From Thermodesulfobacteriota bacterium (GTDB lineage: Bacteria > Desulfobacterota_D > UBA1144 > Nemesobacterales > UBA2774), in contig OZ244991.1 in assembly GCA_965223335.1 (NCBI GenBank), forward strand, positions 2,336,001 to 2,400,000: 64,000 nucleotides of DNA, written 5' to 3'. Positions 53,488 to 63,965 of this stretch are shown piece by piece (the stretch's first letter is position 1; each line of letters opens with the position of its first letter). A program made the position numbers and the translations under genes. The notes beneath the pieces are model-generated. The model saw nothing but the letters and a program-made list of their open reading frames with translations. It had not been told where the DNA came from and ran no database searches.

Positions 53488-53855
53488 CTTATCTTATCCC
53501 TACCTGCCGTTCGCATAAGACCGCTCACTGGAGGTCCCCATATCTTATCCCTACCTGCCGTTCGCATAAGACCGCTCACTGGCGGTCCCCATTATCCTAT
53601 TTTATCCCCTCCAGTCGCCATACTACCGCTCCCTTGCGGTCCCCATTGTTTGCCTTCTTTATAGTGTTTGTTCCCTATGGGATCCTCAGATCCCAATCCC
53701 GACATTCAGTGATTCGCGTTAAAAAAATAGCGCGATGAAGTCGTAAATTGATTTTCGGGGCCGGGGCCGGATTAAAATCAATTAGACGCAATTAGCTATT
53801 TTTAGTTAATCGCTGTTAGTCGGTGATTTTTGTTACTTTTCATCAAGGAAAAGTA
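53488..53855 (+). repeat. mosaic cluster: 3 C units + A alpha (53677-53855)
   Basis: shared modules. Confidence 0.85.
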
Positions 53856-53869
53856 AAAATAAAAATCTT

Positions 53870-55216
53870 TTATTCAATAAATGCTCCTTTTTTTTGCCGT
53901 ATATAATAAATCCCCGCCATCATCGCAAACACCGCAAAAAATATCATGGCCCACTCCCCCATCGTGGGTATCGAAGTTGGTCTAGCTGGCACAATTACCG
54001 CAGGCCCGCCCCCTTCATCCTGCCCATATATGGGTGTCGTAAAGCGAAACAGGAACAGATTACTCGCATCTACACCCCTTACATTTAGCGCCCACACACC
54101 TGGCTCAAGACTATCCACATGTATGTCCATGACAGTCGGGTCAAAAGGTGCTGTGCTCAGATTAAACAGCTCCCATTCCCTATGGCCCGAAGTGTTTGGA
54201 TTATTAAACACATTGCCAAACGGATCTACTAGGTCGTATGTTATAGGTGGTGTTCTCCTGCCAAAATCAAGACACGAATCATCCGCGGGATTAAATTCCC
54301 CATTTGCCCCTTCTGGTTGAGCATTTGTACCCGCTGCAAACGAAGGGATTGTATTTGGTGTATTGGGATCGTCAGTATCCACTATATTGCTGCGAATACA
54401 AGAATTTGTAGCTAAATCAAACTCATGTGCAGAATTATAATCAAAGTCACCGTCATAGAACTGCAGCTCCACCGTGTTTTCCGGCACAATGAAATAAAAC
54501 GTCCAGTCACCGTCATACGTTGTGTCGTTCAAGCAGCATCCCGGCTCCCCGATATTGCACAAGATTCTATTAATTCCCGGCACCAAACAATTGGGATCAC
54601 TTAAGTCAAAGTGAGGATATATTATCGACGCTTGAAATCTGGGCTGAAACGCTACATTTTGTAATGGAAATATATAGACCACCCCGTCACTACGCAGTTT
54701 AAACGCATTAGAAGAACCAACCTGTAAACTATCGTATTCAATCAGCAGGCTGTATCTATATAAACCATCAGCACCCCTAGCGGAATTCACGTTATCAACA
54801 GTGTCTGCGAACCATCCATTATCGGGCATAGGGCTCCCAATATTCTTTCCAAACGACCCATCACCCGACCACCTGGCAACCTCAATTGCGCCTGTGCCAT
54901 CTCCATTAGGGTCTGCATACAATATGTAGCGCAAATTACTGATCCTAGTGTCCCAGTTTGGATTCCCACCTCCATCTCCGTCAAATACCCCAATCTCTAC
55001 ACTTGAGGATCCCAATGGAGCAATAATTCCAAGTTTTAGGGTGTTTACAAACAAATCACCAGATGTGGAATTGAGCCTCAGCATCTTACCATCATTATCT
55101 GTACAGGTCGGCAGACACGAGTAGGAAAAGGCATTCACCGGTAGCCATAGACCCACCAATAACATGATTACAACAATTAAGTATGATCTAGATATAATGT
55201 GTACGCTTAGCAACAC
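53870..55216 (-). CDS. IPTL-CTERM surface protein, family paralog 5
   Basis: signal peptide, YSCLPTC, SIPTMGEW-TM-RQKK. Confidence 0.85.
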   Translation of the reverse strand: MLLSVHIISRSYLIVVIMLLVGLWLPVNAFSYSCLPTCTDNDGKMLRLNSTSGDLFVNTLKLGIIAPLGSSSVEIGVFDGDGGGNPNWDTRISNLRYILYADPNGDGTGAIEVARWSGDGSFGKNIGSPMPDNGWFADTVDNVNSARGADGLYRYSLLIEYDSLQVGSSNAFKLRSDGVVYIFPLQNVAFQPRFQASIIYPHFDLSDPNCLVPGINRILCNIGEPGCCLNDTTYDGDWTFYFIVPENTVELQFYDGDFDYNSAHEFDLATNSCIRSNIVDTDDPNTPNTIPSFAAGTNAQPEGANGEFNPADDSCLDFGRRTPPITYDLVDPFGNVFNNPNTSGHREWELFNLSTAPFDPTVMDIHVDSLEPGVWALNVRGVDASNLFLFRFTTPIYGQDEGGGPAVIVPARPTSIPTMGEWAMIFFAVFAMMAGIYYIRQKKGAFIE

Positions 55217-55285
55217 CTTTATATTCTCCTGTATAAATTAAGGCTTCTATTAATAGAATATTACAAACAGTTTCAATCTTATTTT

Positions 55286-56659
55286 TCAAATATTTTGCGT
55301 ATTTTGTCGCCTCTTCATAAAATAAATCCCCGCCATCATCGCAAACGCCGCAAAAAATATCATGGCCCACTCGCCCATGGTGGGTATTGATGTCGGCACC
55401 GCAGGCAGCAGCAATGTCGGATTTCCCCCCTCGTCCTGCCCAATCACTGCAAAGAGAAATCTAAATGCAAAAACGTTCCCAAGGTCAGCCCCCCTTACAT
55501 GCAGGTTCCATATCCCGGGCTCAATACCGTCCACATGAAGGTCCATTATCGAGGGATCAAATGGTGCGATACTCAGGTTAAAAAGCTCCCACTCCTCGTT
55601 ACCCGATACGTCCGGGTTATGAAAGACGTTGCCGACCGGATCAATCAAATCATACACCACAGCGGGCGAACGCTTAGGAATTTGAGCGCATGTATCATCC
55701 GCCGGACGAAAGTCCCCGTTTGCCCCCTCCGCTTTGACATTAGTACCCACTGCAAATGCCGGTATGGTGTTGGGCGTGTTTGGGTCATCGGTATCAACTA
55801 GGTTTGTACGGATACATTGTCCGGTATCAGGATCAGCATTAGGCGCCGAGTTAAAGTCAAAATCCCCATCCCAAACCCCCACTTCCGATATATTCTCAGG
55901 CACATCGAAGTAATAGTCCCATGTCCCGTCATTCGTAGTCTCATTTAAGCAGCATCCGGGCTCACCCCTATTACACTTTAGCCCTTCTCCAAAAACAAAA
56001 CAGTTCGGGTCCCCGAGCGAGAAGTCCGGATATACTATACGTACGTTTTCTTCAATGCTGTCGGGCCCCCCTGCTACTCTTACAGTAAAGTTCACATTCT
56101 GATGAGGGAATAAAAACAGTATGCCATCGGTTCTAAATTTAAACACAATGTTGGCAGTCCCGGGGCCAAACACCGGCACCTCGGCCACTATATAATATTT
56201 AAATGTACCGTCCGGGGCTTTTGCAAGATTAGTGTTCTCAATGCTGTCTATAAACCAATCGTTATCCGGCAGAGACATACCCGAGTTTCTGCCCGCTGAC
56301 CCGTCACTTGTCCACATGGCTACCTGATTAGTACCACTGCCGTCACCGTTTGGGTCGGCAAACATTGTGTACACAATTGTGCCGGTACCCCCATCCCAAA
56401 ATCCCGCAGGGTCCGTCCCATCGTCGCCGTCGAATATCCCTATCTCCACCTCATCGGCTCCGGGCGGCGATATAATCCCAAGCTGTATACGAGATATGAC
56501 TAAGCCAAAATTTTGAAAAACAAAAAACCTGCCGTCTATCACAGAGCACGTCGGCAGACACGAATACCCATACACTTTTCCCGGGATTGAGATCAGAAAG
56601 AAAGTTAAGATCACAAAGCAAATACGATAACCAAAAGATGTAGCGATCCGATTGAGCAT
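55286..56659 (-). CDS. IPTL-CTERM surface protein, family paralog 4
   Basis: YSCLPTC, SIPTMGEW-TM-KRR. Confidence 0.85.
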   Translation of the reverse strand: MLNRIATSFGYRICFVILTFFLISIPGKVYGYSCLPTCSVIDGRFFVFQNFGLVISRIQLGIISPPGADEVEIGIFDGDDGTDPAGFWDGGTGTIVYTMFADPNGDGSGTNQVAMWTSDGSAGRNSGMSLPDNDWFIDSIENTNLAKAPDGTFKYYIVAEVPVFGPGTANIVFKFRTDGILFLFPHQNVNFTVRVAGGPDSIEENVRIVYPDFSLGDPNCFVFGEGLKCNRGEPGCCLNETTNDGTWDYYFDVPENISEVGVWDGDFDFNSAPNADPDTGQCIRTNLVDTDDPNTPNTIPAFAVGTNVKAEGANGDFRPADDTCAQIPKRSPAVVYDLIDPVGNVFHNPDVSGNEEWELFNLSIAPFDPSIMDLHVDGIEPGIWNLHVRGADLGNVFAFRFLFAVIGQDEGGNPTLLLPAVPTSIPTMGEWAMIFFAAFAMMAGIYFMKRRQNTQNI

Positions 56660-56855
56660 ATGCACTCCCTCCCTAGTGTGTTATAAACTGCAAGTCGGTT
56701 TTGCTTATTTGACAATATCAGACTACATATATTGTATCATCAGATTGCCTTTAATTGTACGTATATTTTCAATAACAGATTTACTCCGTGTAATTATTTT
56801 GACCGCCCCTTCGGCAGTCCTCACAGCACACGGACGAGTACAGGCCCGTAGCGGG

Positions 56856-57500
56856 CTAGGCGGTGTTCTTAATTGGCTCATTTTCATACAACTTATCACG
56901 ATCCACCAGGTCCATCTCAGTAATCCTTATGCGCTCTTTCTGTACTGCAAAAAACTGATTCACACCCAATAAAAAGGTGTCTATCACCCCCACGCCCTGC
57001 TTGGCTATTGTATTCACTACCGAGTGCGTGCCTTTTAGTACGTCGAGGGCTGCCAAGGATTTCATTGTCGACAGATCGTATTTATTGTACTGCACGATTG
57101 TGGTTATATCCTCGAACTTCTTGTGGTGCACGTTTTCTACAATATCCACCACGTCTTCATATGCGGTCATGTTTTGCTCTACGCGATCAGGGTCCATATC
57201 GGCCACAAACACCATCACATCCATATCCTCCATCACACTCTCTCTAAACTTGCGGTACTGCTCCTGCCCCGGCACCGAGTATGCCGACACCCGAATAATG
57301 TTGTTGCCCCTGTCTATAACCTTTTTGGATAGATGGTCAAAATATATGGTCCTCTCACCCTCTTTGGTCAGAATCCCGGTATCAATTGACCACTGTTTTG
57401 CTAGTATGCGCAGGTTTGTTGTTTTCCCTGCATAGGGCAGACCAGTGTAAACAATCTTTAGGTTATAGAGCATCTTGTCACCAATCTTAAAAACGCGCAT
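56856..57500 (-). CDS. MglA-like small GTPase
   Basis: GLPYAGKTTNL, ERTIYFD, SVPGQ, QYNKYD; alternative start 57509. Confidence 0.8.
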   Translation of the reverse strand: MRVFKIGDKMLYNLKIVYTGLPYAGKTTNLRILAKQWSIDTGILTKEGERTIYFDHLSKKVIDRGNNIIRVSAYSVPGQEQYRKFRESVMEDMDVMVFVADMDPDRVEQNMTAYEDVVDIVENVHHKKFEDITTIVQYNKYDLSTMKSLAALDVLKGTHSVVNTIAKQGVGVIDTFLLGVNQFFAVQKERIRITEMDLVDRDKLYENEPIKNTA

Positions 57501-57617
57501 GGCAGCCATCTCCTCTGTCAGATTTATTCCCGCATCCGTGTTCGGTGATACTCTGACTCAAATTATAACGCCGTTTTCTTTTCGAACAAGTATCTAGTGA
57601 ATTTTATACGTAATATA

Positions 57618-58979
57618 TTAAGCAAACAGGGACGCCCTTCTTCTCAGGTAATACACCCCCGCCATCATCGCAAACACCGCAAAAAATATCATGGCCCACT
57701 CGCCCATTGTAGGTATAGAGGTCGGCATTGCCGGCAACAGCAATGTAGGGTTGCCCCCCTCGTCCTGCCCTATCACAGCAAAATTAAACCTCATTGCAAA
57801 CAGGTTCCCAATGTCAGCGCCCCTCACTTGTATCTTCCACACCCCGGGCTCAATGCTGTCAACATGTAAATCCATGACCGCAGGGTCAAAAGGTGCTGTG
57901 CTCAGATTAAAGTACTCCCACTCCTCATTCCCCGACGCATTCGGATTCATATAAACATTGCCTAACGCATCAACAAAGTCATAAGTAATAGCAGGCGGGC
58001 GTTTGCTTGTATCAAAACAAAAATCGTCTGGTGGTGAAAAGTCTGCATTCGCACCCTCAGGCTGAGCGTTTTTACCCACAGCAAATGCAGGCACAGTATT
58101 GGGTGTATTGGGGTCATCCGTATCCAATTCTGTAGTTGATAGAATGCAGTTCCCGGTAGCTGGGTCCTGTTGACCTGCTGAATTATAATCAAAATCCCCG
58201 TCCCATGTACCTACCTCTGTTGTGTTTTCGGGCACCTCAAAGAAATAGCTCCATGAACCGTCATACGTTGTGTTGTTGAGGCAGCACCCTGGCTCACCAG
58301 TACTGCACCCCACACCGGTAGCAAATGTAAAACATGCCGGATCATCAAACACAAAATCCGGGTATATAATTTTTATGTTTCCCTCAAGACTGTCAGCCCC
58401 CCCAGCCAGCTTAGTCATAAAGTTAATGTTCTGATTTGGGAACAAGAACAGTACTCCGTCAGTACGGATTTTAAAAAGGATCGTTGCACCACCCGGCCCA
58501 AACATAGGCACCTCAGCCACTATATAGTATTTAAAAGTACCGTCCGGTGATTTGGCTAAATTAGTGTTCTCTATACTGTCTATGAACCAAGCATTGTCCG
58601 GCATCGGTGTCCCTGTGTTTCTGCCCCCCGACCCATTCCCGGTCCATTGGGCCACCTCAACAGTGCCAGTGCCATCACCATTTGGGTCTGCGAACATCGT
58701 ATATATTGTATTGCCTTCCCCGGAATCCCAAAAATTGGCCGGGTCTGCCCCGTCATCACCGTCAAATATCCCTATCTCCACCTCATTTGCCCCTGGTGGT
58801 GAAATGACTCCAAACCTTATGCTCGTGACAAGCAGCCCTATATTCGAATATACAAAAAATTTACCGTCCACCTCAGAACAGGATGGTAAGCAAGAATAAG
58901 CAAAAGCAGAACTGGGTATAAGGCAAACTACCAGAGTTAATAACAACAGGTGCAATCTTAGATCAACACGACTTAGCAT
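57618..58979 (-). CDS. IPTL-CTERM surface protein, family paralog 3
   Basis: YSCLPSC, SIPTMGEW-TM-RRR. Confidence 0.85.
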   Translation of the reverse strand: MLSRVDLRLHLLLLTLVVCLIPSSAFAYSCLPSCSEVDGKFFVYSNIGLLVTSIRFGVISPPGANEVEIGIFDGDDGADPANFWDSGEGNTIYTMFADPNGDGTGTVEVAQWTGNGSGGRNTGTPMPDNAWFIDSIENTNLAKSPDGTFKYYIVAEVPMFGPGGATILFKIRTDGVLFLFPNQNINFMTKLAGGADSLEGNIKIIYPDFVFDDPACFTFATGVGCSTGEPGCCLNNTTYDGSWSYFFEVPENTTEVGTWDGDFDYNSAGQQDPATGNCILSTTELDTDDPNTPNTVPAFAVGKNAQPEGANADFSPPDDFCFDTSKRPPAITYDFVDALGNVYMNPNASGNEEWEYFNLSTAPFDPAVMDLHVDSIEPGVWKIQVRGADIGNLFAMRFNFAVIGQDEGGNPTLLLPAMPTSIPTMGEWAMIFFAVFAMMAGVYYLRRRASLFA

Positions 58980-59090
58980 TCTCTCTCCCTCCAATGTGCA
59001 TCAATACCGTTTTCACGGCAGTATCAGGCTATATATCATTCTACATCCTTTCTGACCACGTATTTCAAATATGTTAAATGCCTGCATATG

Positions 59091-60452
59091 TTACATATGC
59101 GATATATCCCTCATCCGATGCAGGTAATATACCCCCGCCATCATCGCAAACGCCGCAAAAAATATCATGGCCCACTCGCCCATTGTAGGTATAGAGGTCG
59201 GCATTGCAGGCACAAACAACGTAGGATTACCACCTTCGTCCACTCCAACCACAGGCAATGTGAACCTCAACGCCATAAAGTTCCCAAGATCGGCTCCCCT
59301 GACATGCATGTTCCACACCCCTGCTGCTATGCTCTCCACATGTACATCCATTACAGTCGGGTCAAAAGGTGCTGTGCTCAGGTTAAACAGTTCCCATTCC
59401 TGATTGCCCGAAACGTTTTGGTTGTTATATATATTGCCCAGAGGCCCAATAAGATCATATGTGATCGGGGGCGAGCGCCTTGTAGGATCAAAACACCCGT
59501 CATCAGGCGGTAAAAAGTCCCCATTGGCCCCCTCAGGCTGCGTATTTGGGCCCATATCGAAAGGCGGCAATGTGTTGGGTGTGTTGGGATCATCCGTATC
59601 AACGATAGTGGTTTGAATACAGCCTCCCGCATTTGGGTCACCCCCGGGCGCGGAACTATAGTCAAAATCTCCGTCATACAGGTCAAGTCTGCTCACATTC
59701 CCCGGCACATCCATATAAAAATCCCAAATCCCATCATACGTCGTATTGTTAATACAGCATCCCGGCTCCCCCCGTTCACACGCAATTGTTCCAGTACCTG
59801 GGTCTAAACACGCGGGGTCGCTTGGATCAAAATCCGGGAATATGATCTTGGGGTTGTCCACAAATGTACCCGGCCCCCCAAACCAACTCGATGTAAAAGC
59901 TATGTTCTGGAAAGGAAATAAGTAGAGAACCCCATCTGTGCGCACCTTAAATACATTCGTTGGGTTACCTACAAATGAAGTACCTTCTACCAATAGATAG
60001 TACTTAAATGTACCGTCCGCAGCCTTTGCGGCGTTTGTGTTATTCAGTGTAGCTACAAACCAGTCATTATCCGGCATAGGGTTCCCCGCATTGTCCCCAC
60101 CAGAGCCGTCACCAGTCCATTTTGCAACCTGAAACGCACCGCTACCGTCTCCATTGGGGTCTGCAAAAAGTGTGTACTCCATTGTGATCTCAGATGAATC
60201 CCAAAAGTTATCTGCACCCACACCGTTATCACCGTCAAAAATCCCAAGCTCAACTGTTTGTGCTCCCGGGTGTGAAATCACTCCGATCTTCGTACTTGTT
60301 ATTATAAGCTCTGTACCTTGTAGCGCCATAAACTTCCCATCGTTATCAGCGCACGTCGGCAGACACGAATATGCAAAAGCAGAACTGGGCATAAGGAAAA
60401 CTACTAGAGTTAATAACAACAGGGGCAATCCAAGATCATCGCGACTTAGCAT
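59091..60452 (-). CDS. IPTL-CTERM surface protein, family paralog 2
   Basis: YSCLPTC, SIPTMGEW-TM-HRMR. Confidence 0.85.
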   Translation of the reverse strand: MLSRDDLGLPLLLLTLVVFLMPSSAFAYSCLPTCADNDGKFMALQGTELIITSTKIGVISHPGAQTVELGIFDGDNGVGADNFWDSSEITMEYTLFADPNGDGSGAFQVAKWTGDGSGGDNAGNPMPDNDWFVATLNNTNAAKAADGTFKYYLLVEGTSFVGNPTNVFKVRTDGVLYLFPFQNIAFTSSWFGGPGTFVDNPKIIFPDFDPSDPACLDPGTGTIACERGEPGCCINNTTYDGIWDFYMDVPGNVSRLDLYDGDFDYSSAPGGDPNAGGCIQTTIVDTDDPNTPNTLPPFDMGPNTQPEGANGDFLPPDDGCFDPTRRSPPITYDLIGPLGNIYNNQNVSGNQEWELFNLSTAPFDPTVMDVHVESIAAGVWNMHVRGADLGNFMALRFTLPVVGVDEGGNPTLFVPAMPTSIPTMGEWAMIFFAAFAMMAGVYYLHRMRDISHM

Positions 60453-60563
60453 TCTCTCTCCCTACAAAGTGTATAAATACCGTTTTTTCGGCAGTATCAG
60501 GCTATATATAATTCTACATCCTTTCTGACCACGTATTTCAAATATGTTAAATGCCTGCATATG

Positions 60564-61937
60564 TTACATATGTGATATATCCCTCATCCGATGCATGAAG
60601 TATACCCCCGCCATCATCGCAAACGCTGCGAAGAATATCATTGCCCACTCACCCATCGTGGGTATAGAGGTCGGCTCTGTAGGCAACAGCAACGTAGGGT
60701 TACCACCTTCGTCCTGCCCTATCACGGCAAAGAGAAACCTAAAGGCAAAAACGTTACCAAGGTCCGCCCCTCTTACATGCAGGTTCCATATCCCGGGCTC
60801 AATACTGTCCACATGAAAGTCCATTATCGAGGGATCAAATGGTGCAATACTCAGGTTAAAGAGCTCCCACTCCTGGTTCCCGGATACATCGGGGTTATGA
60901 AAGACATTGCCGACCGGATCAATTACATCGTATACCACAGCAGGCGAGCGCTTTGGTATATCGTTGCATGTATCATCTGGAGGTCTAAAATCCCCGTTTG
61001 CCCCTTCTGCTTTGGCATTAGTACTCACGGCAAATGCCGGCACAGTGTTGGGCGTGTTTGGATCATCGGTATCCACAATGTTTGTGCGGATACACTGACC
61101 GGTGTCAGGATCAGCATTAGGTGCAGAGCTAAAATCAAAATCCGCATCCCATACCCCCACTTCTCTGGTATTCTCAGGCACATCGAAGAAATAGTCCCAT
61201 GTACCGTCATATGTGCTCCTGTTCGTGCAGCACCCGGGCTCACCTCTGCTGCACCCTAAACCGACTCCAAATGTAAAACAGGCCGGGTCATCAAAATCAA
61301 AATCCGGATATATTATCTTTATATTTTCTTGCAGGCTGTCAGGTCCTCCCCTCAGTCTCTGTACAAAATTAATGTTCTGGTGCGGAAATAAAAACAGAAT
61401 GCCGTCGGTTCTAAATTTAAACACAATGTTGGCAGTTCCAGGCCCAAACACCGGCACCTCAGCCACTATATAATATTTAAATTTGCCGTCCGGCGCTTTT
61501 GCAAAATTTGTATTTTCTACACTGTCTATAAACCAATCATTATCAGGCATAGGTGTACCGGCGTTATTCCCACTCGACCCGTCACTTGTCCACTCGGCCA
61601 CCTCGAATGTACCACTGCCATCACCGTCTGGATCAGCAAACATCGTATAGACTATGGTTCCCGCACCAGCATCCCAAAACCCCGCCGGGTCTGCCCCATC
61701 GTCACCGTCAAATATACCTATCTCAACCTCATCGGCCCCGGGCGGCGATATTATTCCGAGCTGTATACGCGTTATTATCATCCCGAAGTTCTGAAAAACA
61801 AAGAACCTTCCATCCACCTCAGAACAGTTCGGTAGACACGAATATGCGTATACATACCCCGAACTTAAAACCAGCGAACTCACAAAAGCAGCAATAAATA
61901 ATAATGTTCTAGATATAGAACTCAGCCTTATAAGCAT
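60564..61937 (-). CDS. IPTL-CTERM surface protein, family paralog 1
   Basis: YSCLPNC, SIPTMGEW-TM-HRMR. Confidence 0.85.
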   Translation of the reverse strand: MLIRLSSISRTLLFIAAFVSSLVLSSGYVYAYSCLPNCSEVDGRFFVFQNFGMIITRIQLGIISPPGADEVEIGIFDGDDGADPAGFWDAGAGTIVYTMFADPDGDGSGTFEVAEWTSDGSSGNNAGTPMPDNDWFIDSVENTNFAKAPDGKFKYYIVAEVPVFGPGTANIVFKFRTDGILFLFPHQNINFVQRLRGGPDSLQENIKIIYPDFDFDDPACFTFGVGLGCSRGEPGCCTNRSTYDGTWDYFFDVPENTREVGVWDADFDFSSAPNADPDTGQCIRTNIVDTDDPNTPNTVPAFAVSTNAKAEGANGDFRPPDDTCNDIPKRSPAVVYDVIDPVGNVFHNPDVSGNQEWELFNLSIAPFDPSIMDFHVDSIEPGIWNLHVRGADLGNVFAFRFLFAVIGQDEGGNPTLLLPTEPTSIPTMGEWAMIFFAAFAMMAGVYFMHRMRDISHM

Positions 61938-62303
61938 AAGAGAACTCCAATATTTTAATTAGCCGAGATCAACCGGATGGTAATCCAAAGCTAGCCCCAA
62001 ATACCAATCTATTAGGCTATCTCTCAAAGTATTATAATATAAATCATATATATAACCAAACTATTACATTGCTCTATTTATTAGCAATCTGTATAATCAG
62101 CAGGCAGATGCTTACTACTGGGTTTGGAAGCTATATATCATTAATTATTCCATCACTTAATGGAACAAAAGTGTGGTATAATTTACTAACTAAATCTTAA
62201 TCACATTCATGCTCAATCTGGTTTTCTAATCTAGCGCGATCTCACACACTATCAAAGACAATGCAGGTTATCTCAATTAACTATTTAAGATCTAGGATCT
62301 ATT

Positions 62304-62582
62304 ATGGCTAAATTTATTGCTATTCACCCGGTAGAACCACCTGCCTCTATGGATGCGATCGGTCCATTAGCACGCAAAACAAAATTAGCATCCAGTGCCG
62401 ATGCATACTGGGTAAAGAGCTGGGTACAATTCAATGACGACGGTGATGTAATAGCAGTTTACTGCGAATGGGACGGCAAGGACGCCGAGACCATAAAATC
62501 AGCCCTCACATGCGCCATACCCGAGCTCCCCTTTCGCGAGGTCTCACGCATGACCGAAATCCACAGCGAGTTTTTTAGGTAG
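62304..62582 (+). CDS. DUF4242 (SCO4226-like) domain protein
   Basis: MAKFIAIH, WVKSW, VYCEWDG.D.E.I. Confidence 0.7.
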   Translation: MAKFIAIHPVEPPASMDAIGPLARKTKLASSADAYWVKSWVQFNDDGDVIAVYCEWDGKDAETIKSALTCAIPELPFREVSRMTEIHSEFFR

Positions 62583-62619
62583 AGGTTTCACGTTTTTTTC
62601 AGTTTTTCACCCTTCCCAA

Positions 62620-62830
62620 ATGGGATCGCTAGATCCCAGTCCCGGTACTCCCTGATGAATGGGGCCTCTTGGCCTCCTTTTGATCAAGGAAAAGTGCGAA
62701 GTAGATAGGTAATTAGTATCGGTCAGGTAAGTTGGAAACCCTAGAGCAATTGAACTCCCGGCACTCCCATAATACGGAGTCCGTGACCCCTGCCCGGGTC
62801 GCTACACACCAACTCCCTCTCGGCCCCCAT
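62620..62830 (+). repeat. family A 5' and 3' hairpins without the long stem, plus tail and C fragment
   Basis: shared modules. Confidence 0.7.
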
Positions 62831-63845
62831 TCCTCCGGCGCAGCATATACACTGCAATAAGCCCCATAAACACGGTCATAAATATAAGCCCCCACTCCGA
62901 TGCTGTGGGTATTACTGCAGCATCGTCCCCAACACGGTTGAGTATTACATCGTCCATCACCAACTCAGTGGTATCCGCTCGGTTCCATCCGGCAGTAGTT
63001 GCAAAAGCAAAATGCCCCCAGTTGATAAACGATATATCCATCTCTTCCTGTGTTGCTACAAACTCAACAAGATAGGTATGAGACTCATCCGCTCCAAACA
63101 CGGTGGTGCCCTCCCGCGGTGCGGATCCTCCTGCCCCGGCAGGAATTGTTAAATAGAGCAACTCATGATCCTCAATCTGAAGACCAAAAATTCCATCTCC
63201 GCGCACAAAACTGCCGTCTGCATATAAACTGCTGGCCCATTCAGAGGATGTCCAGAAACTAAGCCTATACGTTTCACCGGGAATAAGCCTCGTCACAGTC
63301 TGTGTAAGGGTAACACCAGTACCATAATCCGGATTTAATACTATTATAGGTGGATTCGGGAATGTCACCTCACCATTGGATTCAAATGTAGGGGTCTCCG
63401 ATATGCTTTCTATATACGAATTTCCAAAGTAAAGTGCACGGTTCCCATGTATATTGGGGTCTGAATACGCAATACCATATTCGGGCGTTACAAGAATAGG
63501 CAAAAAAGATATCTCCTCGAAATTATTCCCCCATATTGCATAGGTCCGAGTACCCCCGCCCGTAGTCGTCCAGTGATGGGGCTCTGCAAATGGTATAAGT
63601 ACCGTACCAGAGGAAAAATAGTAGTATCCATCACCGTCAATTCCATCGTAGAATACAAAACCCTTCCCACCATCAGTCAGGTGCGGAGTTTCAAAACTGC
63701 CGTTTTGCACCAGATTTATATTGCGGTTAAGCGGTGGCTCACCCTCCAAGATAATGGGCTTTTGAGCATTGGCAACATAAGTACCAAACAACACTGTTAA
63801 AATTAATATATGTAGAGGGATTAAGGTTCTGGGCATATTTTTCAT
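62802..63845 (-). CDS. IPTL-CTERM surface protein with jelly-roll/carbohydrate-binding-like domain
   Basis: NLVQNGSFE, LTQTV..LIPG.TY.LSF, DDV; VIPTASEW-TM-RRR. Confidence 0.8.
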   Translation of the reverse strand: MKNMPRTLIPLHILILTVLFGTYVANAQKPIILEGEPPLNRNINLVQNGSFETPHLTDGGKGFVFYDGIDGDGYYYFSSGTVLIPFAEPHHWTTTGGGTRTYAIWGNNFEEISFLPILVTPEYGIAYSDPNIHGNRALYFGNSYIESISETPTFESNGEVTFPNPPIIVLNPDYGTGVTLTQTVTRLIPGETYRLSFWTSSEWASSLYADGSFVRGDGIFGLQIEDHELLYLTIPAGAGGSAPREGTTVFGADESHTYLVEFVATQEEMDISFINWGHFAFATTAGWNRADTTELVMDDVILNRVGDDAAVIPTASEWGLIFMTVFMGLIAVYMLRRRNGGREGVGV

Positions 63846-63965
63846 TGGAGGATCAGGTTCAGTTTAAGTAACTATTCTCTTTGATTACTAGTAACTAAGC
63901 ATTTATACCCCGTCCACTATGATAAGCTAAACAGATTCTAACGTCAATAAACCAACTCCCTCTCT

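Noticed and set aside
53870..61937. Diversity-generating retroelement or invertase shufflon
   Set aside because: No reverse transcriptase or recombinase, no obvious adenine-specific template/variable pair, all copies are full genes in the same orientation
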